Assembly: GCA_965195345.1 (NCBI GenBank)
Contig: OZ239628.1
Coordinates: forward strand, 1,312,001-1,376,000
From: an uncultured Thiomicrospira sp.
GTDB lineage: Bacteria; Pseudomonadota; Gammaproteobacteria; CAKMZV01
Reading direction: 5' to 3'
DNA: 64,000 nt
Shown here: positions 61,647-64,000 of the stretch, in pieces
Layout: each line of letters begins with the position of its first letter
Position numbering within the stretch: the first letter of the stretch is position 1
The notes under the pieces: model-generated
Databases searched by the model: none
Seen by the model: the letters and a program-made list of their open reading frames with translations, nothing else
What the model was told of the DNA's origin: nothing
Translations under genes and position numbers: made by a program

Positions 61647-62729
61647 CTAAGAAGAACTCAACCATTCGTTGAGATTTAATTGTTGTGCGTTGCGTAATAA
61701 AATAAAAATCATCCCATTATCTTCCTGTGAAGGGCTGCCCCCACTTAATCCTATTTTATCGCCGTTTTTTATGATGTCACCAACTTTCACATAGCTCGTA
61801 TCGACCTGTGCATAAACGCCACGATATTTATTTCCATGGTCAATAATGATTGTATTTCCAAGATTGGGTAACCATTGTATGGACACCACTTTACCCGCGG
61901 CGATCGACATTACTTGCTGTGGTGCATTTTGTTTCAATCGCCAAGCATTATCAAAATGACTTATTTTTGTTGGGTTTCCTGTACTTGGCCAAGGAATGCT
62001 TCGCTTTCTTGCCGCTAATGTATTTGAATTTTTAAACACTTTTTGCAAAGATGCTTTTTTCTGAGTGTTTACTATTTCTTTTCGCAAGCGTTTGCGGCTT
62101 TTACCTAAAGCATAGTGTTTTAATTTTTTATTTTTTACTAATTGTTTTTTGATTTTTTCAGAGGTTATCAGCGCTAATTTTCGTTGTTTATCAAGCTTTA
62201 CTTTCCTGTTCTTCAAGTTGATTTCTTGATCTTTTAAATTGGTTTGCTCTTGCGCTAATTCATTCGTCAATTGAATTTCATGACTTTTCAGACTTTCAAT
62301 GGAGTGAATGCTGATGATATGAGATCCTTTTAAAGCCTCGTAATAATGTCTATACCTTGCTCTACGATTAAACTCTGTAGCGTATTGAGTTGCCGACGCT
62401 AATGAAAAAATATCAGACATATAGGCATGACGTTGCAAATGACGAATTTGATTGCTTAACTGTTTCTTGTGGAGTTCAAGATTTTTTTCCAACTCTTCCA
62501 ACGAACTTTTTGTTTCTCCAATGGAAATGCGCAATTTCTTTTGATTTTTTTTAATCGCCTCTATTTGTGAACGCAACTTCGCACTATTTGTCTCAGCTGA
62601 CTCAAGTATTTTAATTTGTTGATCGTATTTTTTTTTCATCTCCTTGAGATTCGTAGCGGCAAATGAACTTCCAACAGAAGCAAGACAAAAAGCGCCCAAT
62701 AGTAGAGAAAAATATTTTAAACGACACAT
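61647..62729 (-). CDS. envC: Murein hydrolase activator EnvC-like (coiled coil plus degenerate M23/LytM domain)
   Basis: Signal sequence, long coiled coil, IPWP, GNTIIIDHG...VKVGD...IGLSG lacking the zinc ligands; coupled to gpmI. Confidence 0.8.
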   Translation of the reverse strand: MCRLKYFSLLLGAFCLASVGSSFAATNLKEMKKKYDQQIKILESAETNSAKLRSQIEAIKKNQKKLRISIGETKSSLEELEKNLELHKKQLSNQIRHLQRHAYMSDIFSLASATQYATEFNRRARYRHYYEALKGSHIISIHSIESLKSHEIQLTNELAQEQTNLKDQEINLKNRKVKLDKQRKLALITSEKIKKQLVKNKKLKHYALGKSRKRLRKEIVNTQKKASLQKVFKNSNTLAARKRSIPWPSTGNPTKISHFDNAWRLKQNAPQQVMSIAAGKVVSIQWLPNLGNTIIIDHGNKYRGVYAQVDTSYVKVGDIIKNGDKIGLSGGSPSQEDNGMIFILLRNAQQLNLNEWLSSS

Positions 62730-64000
62730 TACTTTGCTAACAATAGATTATTCCCTGTCATTTCAATGGGTTTTTCAAGCCCTGCCAAATAGAGCAAAGT
62801 CGGTGCTATGTCTGTTAAGTTGCCACCATCTCGAATGGTAAAGTCACGTGCCCCAACGTACAAAAAAGGTACTAAATTGGTAGTATGCGCTGTATGTGGG
62901 TTCCCTGTTTCGATGTCGATTTGGCATTCTGCATTTCCGTGGTCAGCACATATAATTAACTCTGATCCTGTTGATTGTATCAAAGGGATAATTTTTGATA
63001 ATGCATCATCGCAGGCCTCAACTGCCTTTATCGTTGCAGATAAAATACCACTGTGCCCAACCATATCAGGATTAGCAAAGTTAACAATAAAAAAGTCGTG
63101 ATTATCCGATTCAATAGCGGCACACAATGCTTGTGTTACCAGTGGAAGGCTCATCTCAGGTTGTAAATCATAGGTAGAAACTTTGGGAGACGCAATCAAA
63201 CATCTCTCTTCACCGCTCAAAGGCTCATCCACTCCTCCGTTAAAGAAAAACGTTACATGAGGATATTTTTCGGTTTCTGCACTGCGATACTGCTTTTTTC
63301 CAGCTTTAGATAGAACAACCCCTAAACCATTTTCCAATTTCTGTGGGGGGAAGGCAATTGGATAGCTATAGTCCTGATGGTATTGCGTTAAAGTAATGAA
63401 TTTGGATATTAGCGGAACTTTTGTACGTTCAAAACCTGAAAATTCAATATCGTTTAAAGCATTTGTTAATTGGCGTGCTCGGTCAGAACGAAAGTTCATC
63501 ATCACAACAACATCGCCATCTTCGATACGACCTTCTTTGATAAGAACAGACTGAATGAATTCATCACTCTCTCCACGCGCATACGCCGCTTGAATTGCTT
63601 CTTTCAAACTATCTGTCCTAAAATTTGCCTTGTTATTGACTAGTAATTCGTACGCCTTTTCAACGCGTTCCCAACGAGAATCTCGATCCATAGCGTAATA
63701 GCGCCCAATCAATGTTGCAACAATTGTGCCCGTCTCTTCCACCACTTGTTCCAGTTGTGACAAATTATCTAATGCACTGCGTGGAGAACAATCACGTCCA
63801 TCGGTAATCAAATGCAGATAAATTTTCTTCAAACCTCGACTATGCGCCAATTTAAGAAACGCGTATATATGTTCTTGATGGCTGTGCACGCCTCCTGCTG
63901 ACCATAAGCCAATCACATGCATTGCTTTGTCCGTTAGAATGGCCTTCTCAATGCCGTCATGAAAGACTTTATTATCAAAAAACTGACCATTTTCAATAGC
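62729..64000 (-). CDS. gpmI: 2,3-bisphosphoglycerate-independent phosphoglycerate mutase, C-terminal part (starts beyond the window)
   Basis: GGVHSH, DGRD, GRYYAMDRD, NFRSDR, AETEKYPHVTFFFNGG, NPDMVGH, ADHGNAE, TAHTT; frame open to the window end. Confidence 0.98.
   Translation of the reverse strand, partial: AIENGQFFDNKVFHDGIEKAILTDKAMHVIGLWSAGGVHSHQEHIYAFLKLAHSRGLKKIYLHLITDGRDCSPRSALDNLSQLEQVVEETGTIVATLIGRYYAMDRDSRWERVEKAYELLVNNKANFRTDSLKEAIQAAYARGESDEFIQSVLIKEGRIEDGDVVVMMNFRSDRARQLTNALNDIEFSGFERTKVPLISKFITLTQYHQDYSYPIAFPPQKLENGLGVVLSKAGKKQYRSAETEKYPHVTFFFNGGVDEPLSGEERCLIASPKVSTYDLQPEMSLPLVTQALCAAIESDNHDFFIVNFANPDMVGHSGILSATIKAVEACDDALSKIIPLIQSTGSELIICADHGNAECQIDIETGNPHTAHTTNLVPFLYVGARDFTIRDGGNLTDIAPTLLYLAGLEKPIEMTGNNLLLAK

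Noticed and set aside
61647-62729. M23 peptidase pseudogene
   Set aside because: Loss of the zinc ligands is the normal state of EnvC, and gpmI-envC is a standard arrangement.
1-64000. tRNA/rRNA genes, CRISPR arrays, IS elements, prophage, alternative genetic code
   Set aside because: No such motifs, repeat-spacer arrays or mobility genes seen by eye; TGA, TAA and TAG all end conserved genes at the expected lengths.

Overview
A gene-dense, AT-rich (judged by eye, not computed) bacterial chromosomal segment. Gene content and order (lgt-thyA-folA, rpsF-rpsR-DUF2232-rplI-dnaB-alr, mlaFEDCB-ABC-bolA-murA-hisGDC, lpxC) indicate a gammaproteobacterium with short spacers and many overlapping start/stop codons. 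About 60 CDSs are mostly housekeeping: ftsH (partial), a peptide ABC transporter, FKBP PPIase, rpsO-pnp-lgt-thyA-folA, a truncated dcw cluster, mqo-sdhCDAB, the S6 operon, leuC, mla, murA, his genes, hemF, galE, envC and gpmI (partial). I found no tRNA/rRNA gene, CRISPR array, integrase, transposase or prophage, and no clearly new multi-gene system. The most unusual items are: (1) an orphan, divergent carboxyltransferase-family (OadA/Pyc/transcarboxylase 5S) gene with no biotin domain and an unrecognised C-terminus; (2) a dcw cluster with no ftsZ between ftsA and lpxC, joined directly to rimM-trmD lacking rpsP/rplS, one of several pruned operons; (3) a -1 frameshift splitting the peptide-binding lipoprotein gene; (4) a mosaic operon of a Helicobacter-type Mqo and an alphaproteobacterial-type SDH; (5) a coupled patatin-FadD pair; (6) an exported DsrE-like protein. 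All family calls come from recognising motifs in the translations; no database search was run.
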